Positions 1 to 12,388 of a stretch of DNA of 64,000 nucleotides are shown here, piece by piece. Under the pieces are notes generated by a model. It saw only the letters and a list, made by a program, of their open reading frames with translations. It was not told the origin of the DNA and did no database searches. The translations under genes and the position numbers were made by a program. Within the stretch, counting starts at the first letter, position 1, and every line of letters begins with the position of its first letter. Source of the DNA: Nemertoderma westbladi (lineage: Eukaryota; Animalia; Xenacoelomorpha); NCBI GenBank assembly GCA_032718475.1, contig JAUCBJ010009072.1, forward strand, positions 1-64,000, in the 5' to 3' direction.

Positions 1-593
1 TTGGAATCCTTTCAACGCAAGCTTTCTATTGATATGAAAATGATATATTACGACTAAAGTGAAGAATGGCAATGATACGGATGGTGCGATTTCGCAAGTT
101 ACACTTTTTTAAAACGCTTATAAATAAAATTTAAAGGCGAAATCGAAAATTCCGGCTTCATGGTAACAATCACGGTGAGTTGAACTAGTTGTGTTTCAAA
201 TTTCAAGCAATATGATAAAGATTTGTAGAAAAATCTGGGGGGGGGTCCGTGTTATCAGAAAATGACGGTCATGGTGTATAGTTTGTAATGAGGGGTCAAC
301 GTGTTTGGGGACCTCCACATAATACAGTAATATTGTAGGCCTAATATAAGTAACACACGTCATAAAGCAATTGAGGAGCAGGTTACTGGGTTACAGAGGC
401 AGGCTTTTCTAACAAAAACAATAAACGGCCACTTTACAAATTGAGGGAAAGGAGCAGGTTACAGAAACACTGCACCAGTACTACTGTACAACTACCTACT
501 GTAGGCCTACCGGTACAGTACAGGTGGAGGCCTGAAACACGTTAGTCCTTGTAAAGATACTGCAGTAAAGCCCTACAATAATATGGGGCGAGC

Positions 594-797
594 GGGTGTA
601 AACTCTACGCCGACAACCAACGCCGACACCCTTTATTCAAAAAAAAATCAATGTAAATTTTAAATTGAGGGAAAGGAACAGGTTACAGCAGTGGAAGGTT
701 AACTAAAACAATAAACGAGAGTGACTAACTCAGGTTACATTTTCATATTTGCTGTTGTCGACAGTGGATGTCGGCTATCGGCGTAGCGTTTACACCC
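594..797. mobile_element. 204-bp MITE with 9-bp TSD (Mutator-like); duplicate at 3229-3432
   Basis: TIRs GGGTGTAAACTCTACGCCGA.../...TCGGCGTAGCGTTTACACCC. Perfect direct repeat GGGGCGAGC at 585-593 and 798-806. Superfamily inferred from G-rich termini and the 9-bp TSD. Confidence 0.8.
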
Positions 798-1971
798 GGG
801 GCGAGCCACGCAAGTCTAGTGCTGAGGTACTGAGGTGACCTTAGCGTAGGGGTGTATAATTAGTGGACCCGTGCGTGGCCGCCGTTGTCGAAAATGTTTG
901 AACGCTAACAAATCGGTCAATCTTTAATGAAATGGAAGCGAACTTGGTACACATGTAGTCTATCAAAAGATGATTGAATTGACTGATGCTGGTGATACCA
1001 GCGATGAGGAATTGGAGTTCGAGTGGTTTGAAGACTAGACTGTTTAGTGTTTAGTTTTAACAAACAAAGATTGGGTTAGGACTTACTCTATTGTTATATT
1101 ATTCAATTGATTGTATAATGAAACAACTTATTATTGATGATTTTAAACCTTACATCGATGATTATTAATGTAGTGGGAGGAGGCAGAACCAGAATACAGT
1201 CTAGTAAAACAGTAACTCGAAAATAAAATATATAAAACAGTGTAAAACTAATAAAGCAGTAATGGACTATGTGACGAATTAGAGGAGTCGCTGAATTATC
1301 TGATTGGAATAAATTTTCATGAAATTTCAAAAATGTTAAATTTCAAAAATTTCATAGAAATATTTCACGTGAAATAATTATTCACTTCTATGAATTTTTT
1401 AACTCCAATCGAAAGTCAAGGGAACTGTTTACAGTTTTATTTTTGGGTGTACTACTACTACAGTACCCTCATTATATATATACATTACTACCTACCTACA
1501 TAAGAATGCTACGCTGTGAAGAATATCCATTGTATTGAAAGTAAGTGCAGTATATCATGCAGTACTGTATGTTTGATTTTGAGAAATTTTATTTTTTACA
1601 AAAATAATGACTATACAGTAGGCTATTTCGGCCTATTTTATGTATATGGGCCAAATTGGATTTGGGGCGGCCTGTATTTATTTGTACTTATTATTATTAA
1701 TATTATTTTTACTTTTTACCAAGGGAATCCGAAGTTTGGGACTGCTTGGGACCTGAAAATCCACAATCCGTCCTATATATGGGCATTGGGTCCAAAGTCT
1801 CTAAAGCAAGCTTTTATTATGTAGCTCTGGATAGATTGAGTCCTGCCATAGACTTACTGGATTATAAATCTGAAACAATATCTGAATTTGAGAGAATTGC
1901 GGAGATATCGTCGGTAAAAAGGCAAAAGGGCATTTGGTAAAAAGGCATTATGCATGGGGATTCCTGGCAAT

Positions 1972-2909
1972 TACCATGAAGCCGGAATTTTCGATTTCGC
2001 CTTTAAATTTTATTTATAAGCGTTTTAAAAAAGTGTCTTTTGCGAAATCACACCCTCTGTATCATTGCCATTCTTCACTTTAGTCGTAATTTTTTCGCAT
2101 CAATAGAAAGCTTGCGTTGAAAGGATTCCAAATATGTAGCAATATCTGAATTTCATTGAGAAATAGCTGAGAAATAGGCGTTCAAAGATTGCAAGAATTA
2201 TTGTTGGCTGCAAGCCATTTATTCTATTTAATAAATACACAAAATTCTAGAACGTGTTATTTATTTTATGAGTTGGTAATTCGTTGTGTTATCTCGTTAT
2301 ATATCTTCTTCCGGTAAACTAAAATGTTATGGTTATTTTTATGTACTATGTTTAAAATTATATTAGTTGTGGTTAACAAAAAAAAAGAAAGAAAAGAAGA
2401 AAAAAAAAATTTATGAGTTGGTAGGCAACAGCGGTATGCCTATACAATATCTCTATTGCATAGCTAATCATACATAAACAAATTGTTCCAGAATATTGTG
2501 TATTTATTAAATAGAATAAATGGCCTGCAGCGAACAATAATTCTTGCAATATTTGAACGCCTATACTGTATCTCAGTTGTTTCTCAATGAAATTCAGATA
2601 TTGCTACATATTTGGAATCCTTTCAACGCAAGCTTTCTATTGATATGAAAATGATATATTACGACTAAAGTGAAGAATGGCAATGATACGGATGGTGCGA
2701 TTTCGCAAGTTACACTTTTTTAAAACGCTTATAAATAAAATTTAAAGGCGAAATCGAAAATTCCGGCTTCATGGTAACAATCACGGTGAGTTGAACTAGT
2801 TGTGTTTCAAATTTCAAGCAATATGATAAAGATTTGTAGAAAAATCTGGGGGGGGGGGGGGGGGGGGTCCGTGTTATCAGAAAATGACACTATATTACGG
2901 GTCATGGTG
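1972..2909. mobile_element. Foldback-type MITE with long TIRs, left arm truncated (right arm also at 1-276)
   Basis: 1972-2253 is an imperfect reverse complement of 2485-2776 around a ~230-bp spacer. The right arm continues to ...CGGGTCATGGTG followed by TA (Tc1/mariner-like TA site). A diverged arm of the same family lies at ~37155-37500. Confidence 0.7.
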
Positions 2910-4537
2910 TATAGTTTGTAATGAGGGGTCAACGTGTTTGGGGACCTCCACATAATACAGTATAATACTGTAGGCCTAATATAAGTAACACACGTCATAA
3001 AGCAATTGAGGAGCAGGTTACTGGGTTACAGAGGCAGGCTTTTCTAACAAAAACAATAAACGGCCACTTTACAAATTGAGGGAAAGGAGCAGGTTACAGA
3101 AACACTGCACCAGTACTACTGTACAACTACCTACTGTAGGCCTACCGGTACAGTACAGGTGGAGGCCTGAAACACGTTAGTCCTTGTAAAGATACTGCAG
3201 TAAAGCCCTACAATAATATGGGGCGAGCGGGTGTAAACTCTACGCCGACAACCAACGCCGACACCCTTTATTCAAAAAAAAATCAATGTAAATTTTAAAT
3301 TGAGGGAAAGGAACAGGTTACAGCAGTGGAAGGTTAACTAAAACAATAAACGAGAGTGACTAACTCAGGTTACATTTTCATATTTGCTGTTGTCGACAGT
3401 GGATGTCGGCTATCGGCGTAGCGTTTACACCCGGGGCGAGCCACGCAAGTCTAGTGCTGAGGTACTGAGGTGACCTTAGCGTAGGGGTGTATAATTAGTG
3501 GACCCGTGCGTGGCCGCCGTTGTCGAAAATGTTTGAACGCTAACAAATCGGTCAATCTTTAATGAAATGGAAGCGAACTTGGTACACATGTAGTCTATCA
3601 AAAGATGATTGAATTGACTGATGCTGGTGATACCAGCGATGAGGAATTGGAGTTCGAGTGGTTTGAAGACTAGACTGTTTAGTGTTTAGTTTTAACAAAC
3701 AAAGATTGGGTTAGGACTTACTCTATTGTTATATTATTCAATTGATTGTATAATGAAACAACTTATTATTGATGATTTTAAACCTTACATCGATGATTAT
3801 TAATGTAGTGGGAGGAGGCAGAACCAGAATACAGTCTAGTAAAACAGTAACTCGAAAATAAAATATATAAAACAGTGTAAAACTAATAAAGCAGTAATGG
3901 ACTATGTGACGAATTAGAGAAGTCGCTGAATTATCTGATTGGAATAAATTTTCATGAAATTTCAAAAATGTTAAATTTCAAAAATTTCATAGAAATATTT
4001 CACGTGAAATAATTATTCACTTCTATGAATTTTTTAACTCCAATCGAAAGTCAAGGGAACTGTTTACAGTTTTATTTTTGGGTGTACTACTACTACAGTA
4101 CCCTCATTATATATATACATTACTACCTACCTACATAAGAATGCTACGCTGTGAAGAATATCCATTGTATTGAAAGTAAGTGCAGTATATCATGCAGTAC
4201 TGTATGTTTGATTTTGAGAAATTTTATTTTTTACAAAAATAATGACTATACAGTAGGCTATTTCGGCCTATTTTATGTATATGGGCCAAATTGGATTTGG
4301 GGCGGCCTGTATTTATTTGTACTTATTATTATTAATATTATTTTTACTTTTTACCAAGGGAATCCGAAGTTTGGGACTGCTTGGGACCTGAAAATCCACA
4401 ATCCGTCCTATATATGGGCATTGGGTCCAAAGTCTCTAAAGCAAGCTTTTATTATGTAGCTCTGGATAGATTGAGTCCTGCCATAGACTTACTGGATTAT
4501 AAATCTGAAACAATATCTGAATTTGAGAGAATTGCGG

Positions 4538-4959
4538 AGATATCGTCGGTAAAAAGGCAAAAGGGCATTTGGTAAAAAGGCATTATGCATGGGGATTCCT
4601 GGCAATATGTCCTCCACTTTCTGGCGGAATATTAAAGCCTCATGTGATTTTTGCGCAAAAATATTGCATTTTTTCGGCAATTTTTCGGGTGAAAAAGAGC
4701 ATATTGTACATTATGTGCACTAAGGGCATATTTTGATAGTACCATTGCCACTAACTTATATATCGCTCCTAGCATGTCAAGTAGGCCTACTATGATATAC
4801 TGTAGAACTTATCAAAGAGATTTCACCAGATACCAAATATGTATATTAAATTTGGTTGAACCAATAAATACTTACAGTATAAGTATTTTATTTTATATTT
4901 TAGTGTCTCCTGAATAATTATTTTATCGAATTCCCTTTTGCCTTTTCCCGACGATATCT
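4538..4959. mobile_element. MITE-like element bounded by ~30-bp inverted repeats
   Basis: AGATATCGTCGGTAAAAAGGCAAAAGGG (4538) versus CCCTTTTGCCTTTTCCCGACGATATCT (ends 4959). No TSD established. Confidence 0.5.
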
Positions 4960-5253
4960 GAGTTCTAATCTCTAGTGTACGGCCGCCCATAGTATACCAT
5001 GTAGGCCTATTCTATAATTCGAGATGCAAGATGCAAAAATAGAACATCGAGGATGTCCTTTTTTGCATCTTACATCTCTAGTGTGCGGCGGGCCTAAGTA
5101 TAATCTTTGTATAATCTAAGTATAAGTTATAATCTAAGTCTACATACAGTAGCCTGCGGTATGACACAAACTGTATGGCGTTACATAACCCGTAGGATTA
5201 AATTTTTTTTAAATGCATAATAATTCTTACATGATTCAACTTACATATCTTAC

Positions 5254-7704
5254 TGTAGGGGAGAGTAAGGATGGTTGAGCCAAAATTTACAAAAAAGTTA
5301 TTTATTCTGTTCCGCAGCGTAGCTTCAGGCTGAAATTGCACAAATACCTGAAACAATCCATTCCGCATCTACTGTATTGTAATACATATTAATGTTTAAA
5401 GGTGCTAAAATATCCAGAATAACCAATAGAAAAGTGGTTCAACCCTCCTACCCATCCATCCGAAGTGGTTCAACCCTCCTACCCATCCATCCGAAGTGGT
5501 TCAACCCTCCTACCCATCCATCCGAAGTGGTTCAACCCTCCTACCCATCCATCCGAAGTGGTTCAACCCTCCTACCCATCCATCCGAAGTGGTTCAACCC
5601 TCCTACCCATCCATCCGAAGTGGTTCAACCCTCCTACCCATCCATCCGAAGTGGTTCAACCCTCCTACCCATCCATCCGAAGTGGTTCAACCCTCCTACC
5701 CATCCATCCGAAGTGGTTCAACCCTCCTACCCATCCATCCGAAGTGGTTCAACCCTCCTACCCATCCATCCGAAGTGGTTCAACCCTCCTACCCATCCAT
5801 CCGAAGTGGTTCAACCCTCCTACCCATCCATCCGAAGTGGTTCAACCCTCCTACCCATCCATCCGAAGTGGTTCAACCCTCCTACCCATCCATCCGAAGT
5901 GGTTCAACCCTCCTACCCATCCATCCGAAGTGGTTCAACCCTCCTACCCATCCATCCGAAGTGGTTCAACCCTCCTACCCATCCATCCGAAGTGGTTCAA
6001 CCCTCCTACCCATCCATCCGAAGTGGTTCAACCCTCCTACCCATCCATCCGAAGTGGTTCAACCCTCCTACCCATCCATCCGAAGTGGTTCAACCCTCCT
6101 ACCCATCCATCCGAAGTGGTTCAACCCTCCTACCCATCCATCCGAAGTGGTTCAACCCTCCTACCCATCCATCCGAAGTGGTTCAACCCTCCTACCCATC
6201 CATCCGAAGTGGTTCAACCCTCCTACCCATCCATCCGAAGTGGTTCAACCCTCCTACCCATCCATCCGAAGTGGTTCAACCCTCCTACCCATCCATCCGA
6301 AGTGGTTCAACCCTCCTACCCATCCATCCGAAGTGGTTCAACCCTCCTACCCATCCATCCGAAGTGGTTCAACCCTCCTACCCATCCATCCGAAGTGGTT
6401 CAACCCTCCTACCCATCCATCCGAAGTGGTTCAACCCTCCTACCCATCCATCCGAAGTGGTTCAACCCTCCTACCCATCCATCCGAAGTGGTTCAACCCT
6501 CCTACCCATCCATCCGAAGTGGTTCAACCCTCCTACCCATCCATCCGAAGTGGTTCAACCCTCCTACCCATCCATCCGAAGTGGTTCAACCCTCCTACCC
6601 ATCCATCCGAAGTGGTTCAACCCTCCTACCCATCCATCCGAAGTGGTTCAACCCTCCTACCCATCCATCCGAAGTGGTTCAACCCTCCTACCCATCCATC
6701 CGAAGTGGTTCAACCCTCCTACCCATCCATCCGAAGTGGTTCAACCCTCCTACCCATCCATCCGAAGTGGTTCAACCCTCCTACCCATCCATCCGAAGTG
6801 GTTCAACCCTCCTACCCATCCATCCGAAGTGGTTCAACCCTCCTACCCATCCATCCGAAGTGGTTCAACCCTCCTACCCATCCATCCGAAGTGGTTCAAC
6901 CCTCCTACCCATCCATCCGAAGTGGTTCAACCCTCCTACCCATCCATCCGAAGTGGTTCAACCCTCCTACCCATCCATCCGAAGTGGTTCAACCCTCCTA
7001 CCCATCCATCCGAAGTGGTTCAACCCTCCTACCCATCCATCCGAAGTGGTTCAACCCTCCTACCCATCCATCCGAAGTGGTTCAACCCTCCTACCCATCC
7101 ATCCGAAGTGGTTCAACCCTCCTACCCATCCATCCGAAGTGGTTCAACCCTCCTACCCATCCATCCGAAGTGGTTCAACCCTCCTACCCATCCATCCGAA
7201 GTGGTTCAACCCTCCTACCCATCCATCCGAAGTGGTTCAACCCTCCTACCCATCCATCCGAAGTGGTTCAACCCTCCTACCCATCCATCCGAAGTGGATC
7301 AACCTTCCTACCCCTCCAACATTGATTCAAGCCTCCCACACTACTCTAGTTTTTGAAAAATGCATTATGTGCGAAAAGTGCAGACCAGTGACGTAATCAT
7401 CCATACCTAATTTTGAAGCAGAATAATTTCTCAACCAGAAAAGTATCATATTTATTGGTGAATTGTCAAATCAATTAAATGGGAGGGATCCAAAACAGCG
7501 GTATCATTTTTAGTAAACAAGTGGGAAAAGTTTACTTTCATTCATAGCAAAACAGTATGTAGGTTAGAGTTGGACTTTAAATACAACCAGTAGTAGATGT
7601 ACTGTACTTTTTAACTGTCTCTCTAATGGTGTATCCATGGAAACGCCAAACCCAAGCGTTCTCCTTTAAATTGCACTGATTCACCCTCCCTGTTCTCCCC
7701 TACA
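5254..7704. mobile_element. Non-autonomous DNA transposon enclosing the 31-bp array
   Basis: Terminal inverted repeats TGTAGGGGAGAGTAAGGATGGTTGAGCCA (5254) and TGATTCACCCTCCCTGTTCTCCCCTACA (ends 7704). No transposase ORF. Confidence 0.65.
5432..7318. repeat. 31-bp minisatellite, 60 apparently identical copies plus 1 degenerate copy
   Basis: Unit AAGTGGTTCAACCCTCCTACCCATCCATCCG from 5432; the 60th copy starts at 7261 and a degenerate copy at 7292. Confidence 0.98.
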
Positions 7705-7911
7705 TGATTCAAATCAGTTTTCTTTCAGCTTTATAAAACTATCGACCAATGCATCCGTTTTTTACTCACAATGATTCTTGTAGAAGAATACCGATGGATA
7801 TTTTCTTCAATTGTAAAACCATTGTTGGCAATATTTCATTTCTTTTCTTCTCTATTTTCTGGGTCAAATTTGACTTGCTAATGTGATGGTGAAAAAGTAG
7901 TCCGCGAATAA

Positions 7912-9016
7912 CGGGTCCTTTGCACAATAAGTGGCCAAATTCAAGGTTAAAAAGTTTTTTTCGCCAACCCTATCAAATCATACATATTTCGAAAGCCCTT
8001 AGCGTGCTGATTTCAAATTTCACATTGGTTCATTTCTTCTACCAATAGTAAAAAAGTTATGGACGAAAAACGTTTTGTCTAGTCGATATCGCTTTGTCTC
8101 ATGTAAATTTCCTTGTTCAAACATGCGATACGTTTTGGACATGTATCATCTGTAAAGAAAGTGATAGGGTTGGCGAAAAAAAATTTTAACGACAGTTTAT
8201 TTGCGTTACATCTTTCTGTGCATGCTTTACAAGTGAGACATCGTTACAATGCGTTACATACCGTTACATGCAGGACAACTGTGGACATGCTTAGCAATCT
8301 CATTAGGTTAACGTGAAAGCTTGACCTTGTATATCATTAGATAGCGCTTTCAGAAGCGGTATAAATAAACTTTATATTAAGTAAATCCGATTTGTGGAAG
8401 AAAAGTTAGAGCAAAAATAACGGCGTTACAAGATGGACATTTTCAATGAGTTAAAAAACTACTTGGCAAACTTTTGGGCATAATTTCTCCTGGACCCATC
8501 GATTAGCGTTCATTCGTATATGTATGGATAGCCGATAAAATTATCTTTCGGAAAATACTTACAATGAAACAAACACATTTCACAATAAAAAGTTAGGTTT
8601 CAAAAACGAGCGTTACAACACCTAAAAAATTTATAAAAAAGAACATGTAGCATTTTTCATTCCTCAAAAAACACAACTATAAAGAAGTGTACCCGCATAA
8701 CGACTATTACTGGATTGTAGATCATGAAATAAGCTTTTAGCTGATATATAGTTTACTGGAAGTATCTCTTACTGACATTTGGTTATGGTCGTTTGTATCT
8801 CAAAAACTTAGCATCGGACATCGCATCATATGTCTATTTCGTGCTTGTAATCTAAGGAAAATATATGTCAAATTGCTTTAAACCAATGGGCGAAATTTCG
8901 CTCTATAGAAATATATATAGGTTTATATGGTTTGGGAAATTTTCTGCTGAGTTATGGCTCATGGAATGGCGAAATTACGTCTGACACAATTTTGGCCACT
9001 TTTTGCGTAATCGAGC
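7912..9016. mobile_element. Probable degenerate non-autonomous DNA transposon
   Basis: Imperfect inverted ends (TGCACAATAAGTGGCCAAATT / AATTTTGGCCACTTTTTGCGTA) and an internal inverted repeat TTTTCGCCAACCCTATCA / TGATAGGGTTGGCGAAAA (~7957 and ~8162). No TSD seen. Confidence 0.4.
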
Positions 9017-9160
9017 CAATATTACACTTTATGTATTCTAGAATTGAATTTAATACTATATCCCGGCATCGTATTAAAAGACAAGGAACGAAAACGAAAG
9101 AGTCAGTGATAATCTAATTATAATCCTCGATTTAATACAACATAACAAAGCACCAAAATA

Positions 9161-9166
9161 TTTATT
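9161..9166 (-). terminator. Candidate polyadenylation signal (AATAAA) of the minus-strand gene
   Basis: AATAAA on the minus strand ~155 nt after the stop at 9320, followed by a GT/T-rich tract. Confidence 0.5.
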
Positions 9167-9319
9167 AAACAATAAAGAACAATGAGCACATGAAAGAAAA
9201 GCCGCTTATGTACTGCCTGTTAGGCCTACTTAATATCCAATCGTAACACATTATAAGGCTATTCGTACAGTATTATATATTGTACTATATACAGTAGTAA
9301 TCAAATTCAGTCTAATTAA

Positions 9320-9464
9320 TTAGTAACAACCCTCCCTCCAAGTTTGGTCATCTCGTGATTGTCCAGAGTTTGTCCACCCTCTGTTAGATCCAGGGATTGG
9401 ACGGAAACTGTATGAAGGAGAGTTTGTGACGTCATCGCTGTGTGGTGGTGTAACTGGGAGCATT
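9320..9464 (-). CDS. Minus-strand gene, exon 11 of 11 found (terminal coding exon): MLPVTPPHSDD...DDQTWREGCY*
   Basis: Acceptor TTTTTTTCCTTAG. Phase 2 matches the exon ending at 29674. Open to TAA at 9322-9320. Confidence 0.65.
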
Positions 9465-9664
9465 CTAAGGAAAAAAATATTACATAAGTGTCAAAAATAA
9501 AATATAATCAATTTGAAACTTCACGATTTAATTATGTTATACAGACAACAATTATTACTTCGTCCTTTATACTAAACTAAGAACACTCTCTATGTATTAC
9601 AGTAGGCCTACTTCGTCCAAGAGCAAACTTTATTTTAAAATTCAGCGTTATCAAATTCACATTT

Positions 9665-10846
9665 AGACATGTCATATTGTGAAAACTGTCATTTTCAAAT
9701 TGACATACTGACATTTATACATGGTATGCATGCTTAACAATTCAATATTTTTATTACCACCGTAATCGAAAATTGGCAAGCCCAATGCAGCGTGCATTAA
9801 GAGTGCTGTGCAGGCTTATCGACGAAGTTGCACCGCCACAACTCCCTATCCCCAGGACTTTCTCCAAGGCCAGTGTCCTTTAGGAGGCGTCTCACGAAAG
9901 TCATGGGCTGTCCACCATGCTTATTTTCTCCATGGGGCTGCCAAATCACAAGATTGTGCACAGGCTTGTCCTCACGGCGAAAACAATGTCCTACAAAGCA
10001 GAGGCGGCTTTGTTCATATGTCAAGCTTGGGGGAACAAATGAGACACCGCCAATGTTATATAGTGTCTGGTTGGAGATGTGTGGATTGTACTTGACACAA
10101 TGAACCCGGCGTAGCATTCTTGTGAATGTGCCCTCCAGAGATTTGGTGTCCTCAGCAGTTAGAGCACAGCATGGACTCCCATAAAGGAGTACTGGAACTA
10201 CTGCTGCTCTAAATAATCGGACCTTAAGTTTCCGATTAATTCTATGTGACTTCCAAATCCTGGAAAGCCCATTCAAGGCTGCCCAATGCCCATGCCTTTC
10301 CCATACGTATTCGAAGGTCCTCACCTGACTTCCGGATCCATGATCCCAGGTAACAGAAGTCGTCCATATGCTCAAACCTACAATCATTTGAGCTTATGCT
10401 CATCTGATCAGAGATGTATCAACGTTATGATGATCTAAGGACATGCGTAGAACATAGTCAACCACAATTATATATAAGAATGACGTGCAAATGTGTCAAC
10501 CTGGAGGACTCCCCAAAACACTTGTCGTAATAGATGTCGTATTATCGAAATGTCATTTGCAGATTGACATTTAGACATGACATGACATGGCAAGACATGA
10601 CTTGATGCTAAAATGTCTTTATCAAATTGACATTTAGACATGGGGGAAATTTCACTATTGTCTCTAGCACTTCTATTGCAGTATGAAAATAACAAAACAC
10701 AGCTTGGCAGACTACTGCATTCAGATCCTATTGTTTGTAGCAGCTACGATGGGGTAAGGGTGTGTTAAATGTCAAAATGTCAATTTGAAAATGACAATTT
10801 GACGTTATGGCATGTCTATTTCCAAAATGACATATTTAACAGGTGT
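9665..10846. mobile_element. Degenerate inverted-repeat element rich in TGACAT/ATGTCA motifs, interrupted by a LINE fragment
   Basis: ~53-bp inverted repeat at 9665-9716 versus 10768-10820. Termini and TSD unclear. Confidence 0.4.
9797..10414 (-). mobile_element. 5'-truncated RTE-like non-LTR retrotransposon (3' part of the RT ORF, frameshifted)
   Basis: Translation ...KLKVRLFRAAVVPVLLYGS...FTRMLRRV...RLCFVGHCFRRE is typical of the post-RT C-terminal region of RTE-clade LINEs. Closely similar to 63203-63533. Confidence 0.85.
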
Positions 10847-11273
10847 AAGAAGACTTTCTATTTTAATTTTATTGAATTATTTTAATGTAGTTTATTAGAA
10901 CATCAATAATTAGTCACCTAAATAAATACGCTTATGCATTTCTCTGTTTAATAAATTGGAATCAGTTACTAATCATGCACACCGGGGGTCCGGGAAATGG
11001 AAAAACGTTGGCCAGACTTAACTAAGAATCATGCACTACGGTGAATGAATACTAATGCACTAACAATGATAACTAATAGAACTCTAAAACCGAGTTATAA
11101 TAAAACATTTATTTTGTAACGATTAATACAGGAGCTCGGGATATTTACTAGGGATGCAACATTTACCCGGAGCCAGAGCCCGGAGGTTTCTACTGGTTAC
11201 AACATGAGTTCCCGCGGGAGCCGAAGATTTGGGGATTGATAATTCCAATGTATTATTATAGTAGAAAGATATG

Positions 11274-11329
11274 TAATATTTGAGTTACCAATGAATCAGT
11301 TGTCCTAATATTTGAGTTACTAATAAATC
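11274..11329. repeat. Two orphan monomers of the 32/33-bp minisatellite (true left edge of the array)
   Basis: TAATATTTGAGTTACCAATGAATCAGTTGTCCTAATATTTGAGTTACTAATAAATC matches the array unit. Confidence 0.9.
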
Positions 11330-12388
11330 TACTACTACTACTACTAGGTCGAGCGAACTCGGACAGTGGAAATGAGATCCTTCCAGGCTTCCCGATTCTC
11401 CATAGTTGTCGCAATTTCGTTTCTCCCAAGTTCAGTATCCCTTTCCAAGTTGATCTATATATGTTATGGCCGGTCGTCCACGACTACTACAATGATTGCG
11501 ATGATGGGCAACAATTACTTCTGGTATTCCATAAGCTCTTAGGATTTCAAGCATTTTACCTCTATGGATGGAATCAAATCAAATCTTGAAGTCCACAAAA
11601 ATCATGACTGCGGGGAGATTCTTTGACTTAATTCCTTCAATCAGTCTCCGTAGTGCAAGTATCTGAGCTATTGTTTATCTACTTGGTCGAAATCCGTTTA
11701 GGCTCTTACGCAGTAGTTTCTCTATGTGAGGCCTAATCCTATATAGAATCATTTTATTATATATTTTGGCAGCTACCACAAGCAGACAGATCCCACGATA
11801 GTTTGTTGGTATGCCGAGGTCTCCTTTCTTTGGGAGAGGCTTTAGTTGACCTTTAGTCCAAATTGGTGGTGGATTTTCCCCTTTTAACATCCGGTTGCAA
11901 ACATTCAATAATGGTCTGTTTAGCACTCCGGTTTTCCATACCTCCGCTGGGATTTCATCTAATCCACTCGCTTTCTTATGGACCCCAGCCTGGTGTACCA
12001 CTGAGGGACGCGGTCCTTGTTGACCCGGGCGACGACCGAGCCGGTATTTCTCCTGGAGGGTTCTCATACTCATATCTTTCAGTTGCGAGAGTAAACCGCT
12101 TGTGGTCGCAACTCCTACAAGCGTCTTTGCAGTAGGTCGCCGTTGGTTGATTACCTTCTGCCGACCTTGTCAGCATGTCTAGCCGTTGGTTGATTACCTT
12201 CCGCCTATCCATGGCCTACAGCCCTGCTGCCGACTGTAGGGGTACTTTTGTTACACCTTGAACCAAGTGTGCCTCCTGGGTTAGGTTACCTAACACTGGT
12301 AGAGGAGCATCCAGTGTAGACAGAGCGGGGCATGTATCATCTATATTGCAGATGCGTATCAAGCCTTTGCCTTCAATGGTGTCCTAGC
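11330..12388 (-). mobile_element. Internally deleted RTE-like LINE with (TAG)n tail
   Basis: RT N-terminal motifs KASGLDEIPAE...PLPKKGDL...NYRGICLL...GFRPSR...FVDF at ~11515-11975. ORF end RGRPAITYIDQL...NREAWKDLISTVRVRST* at ~11345-11475, followed by (TAG)n. The GC-richer 11980-12388 segment is inferred to be the 5' region. Confidence 0.8.

Larger units (their letters stand above)
1..4606. repeat. Direct tandem segmental duplication, unit ~2635 bp (1-1971 matches 2612-4606; first copy begins before the window)
   Basis: Near-identical ORF pairs offset by exactly 2635 (1103/3738, 1516/4151, 1746/4381). Identity ends at GGATTCCTGGCAAT (1971 vs 4606). Differences are mainly a poly-G length, short indels near 266 and 330 and rare substitutions. 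Confidence 0.95.

Noticed and set aside
1103-4680. Short ORFs in the duplicated segment
   Set aside because: AT-rich, no recognisable domain or splice chain; identical only because of the duplication.
5392-7396. Three 600+ aa ORFs on the plus strand
   Set aside because: A stop-free 31-bp unit opens all three frames with the same 31-aa cycle; this is a repeat artefact.
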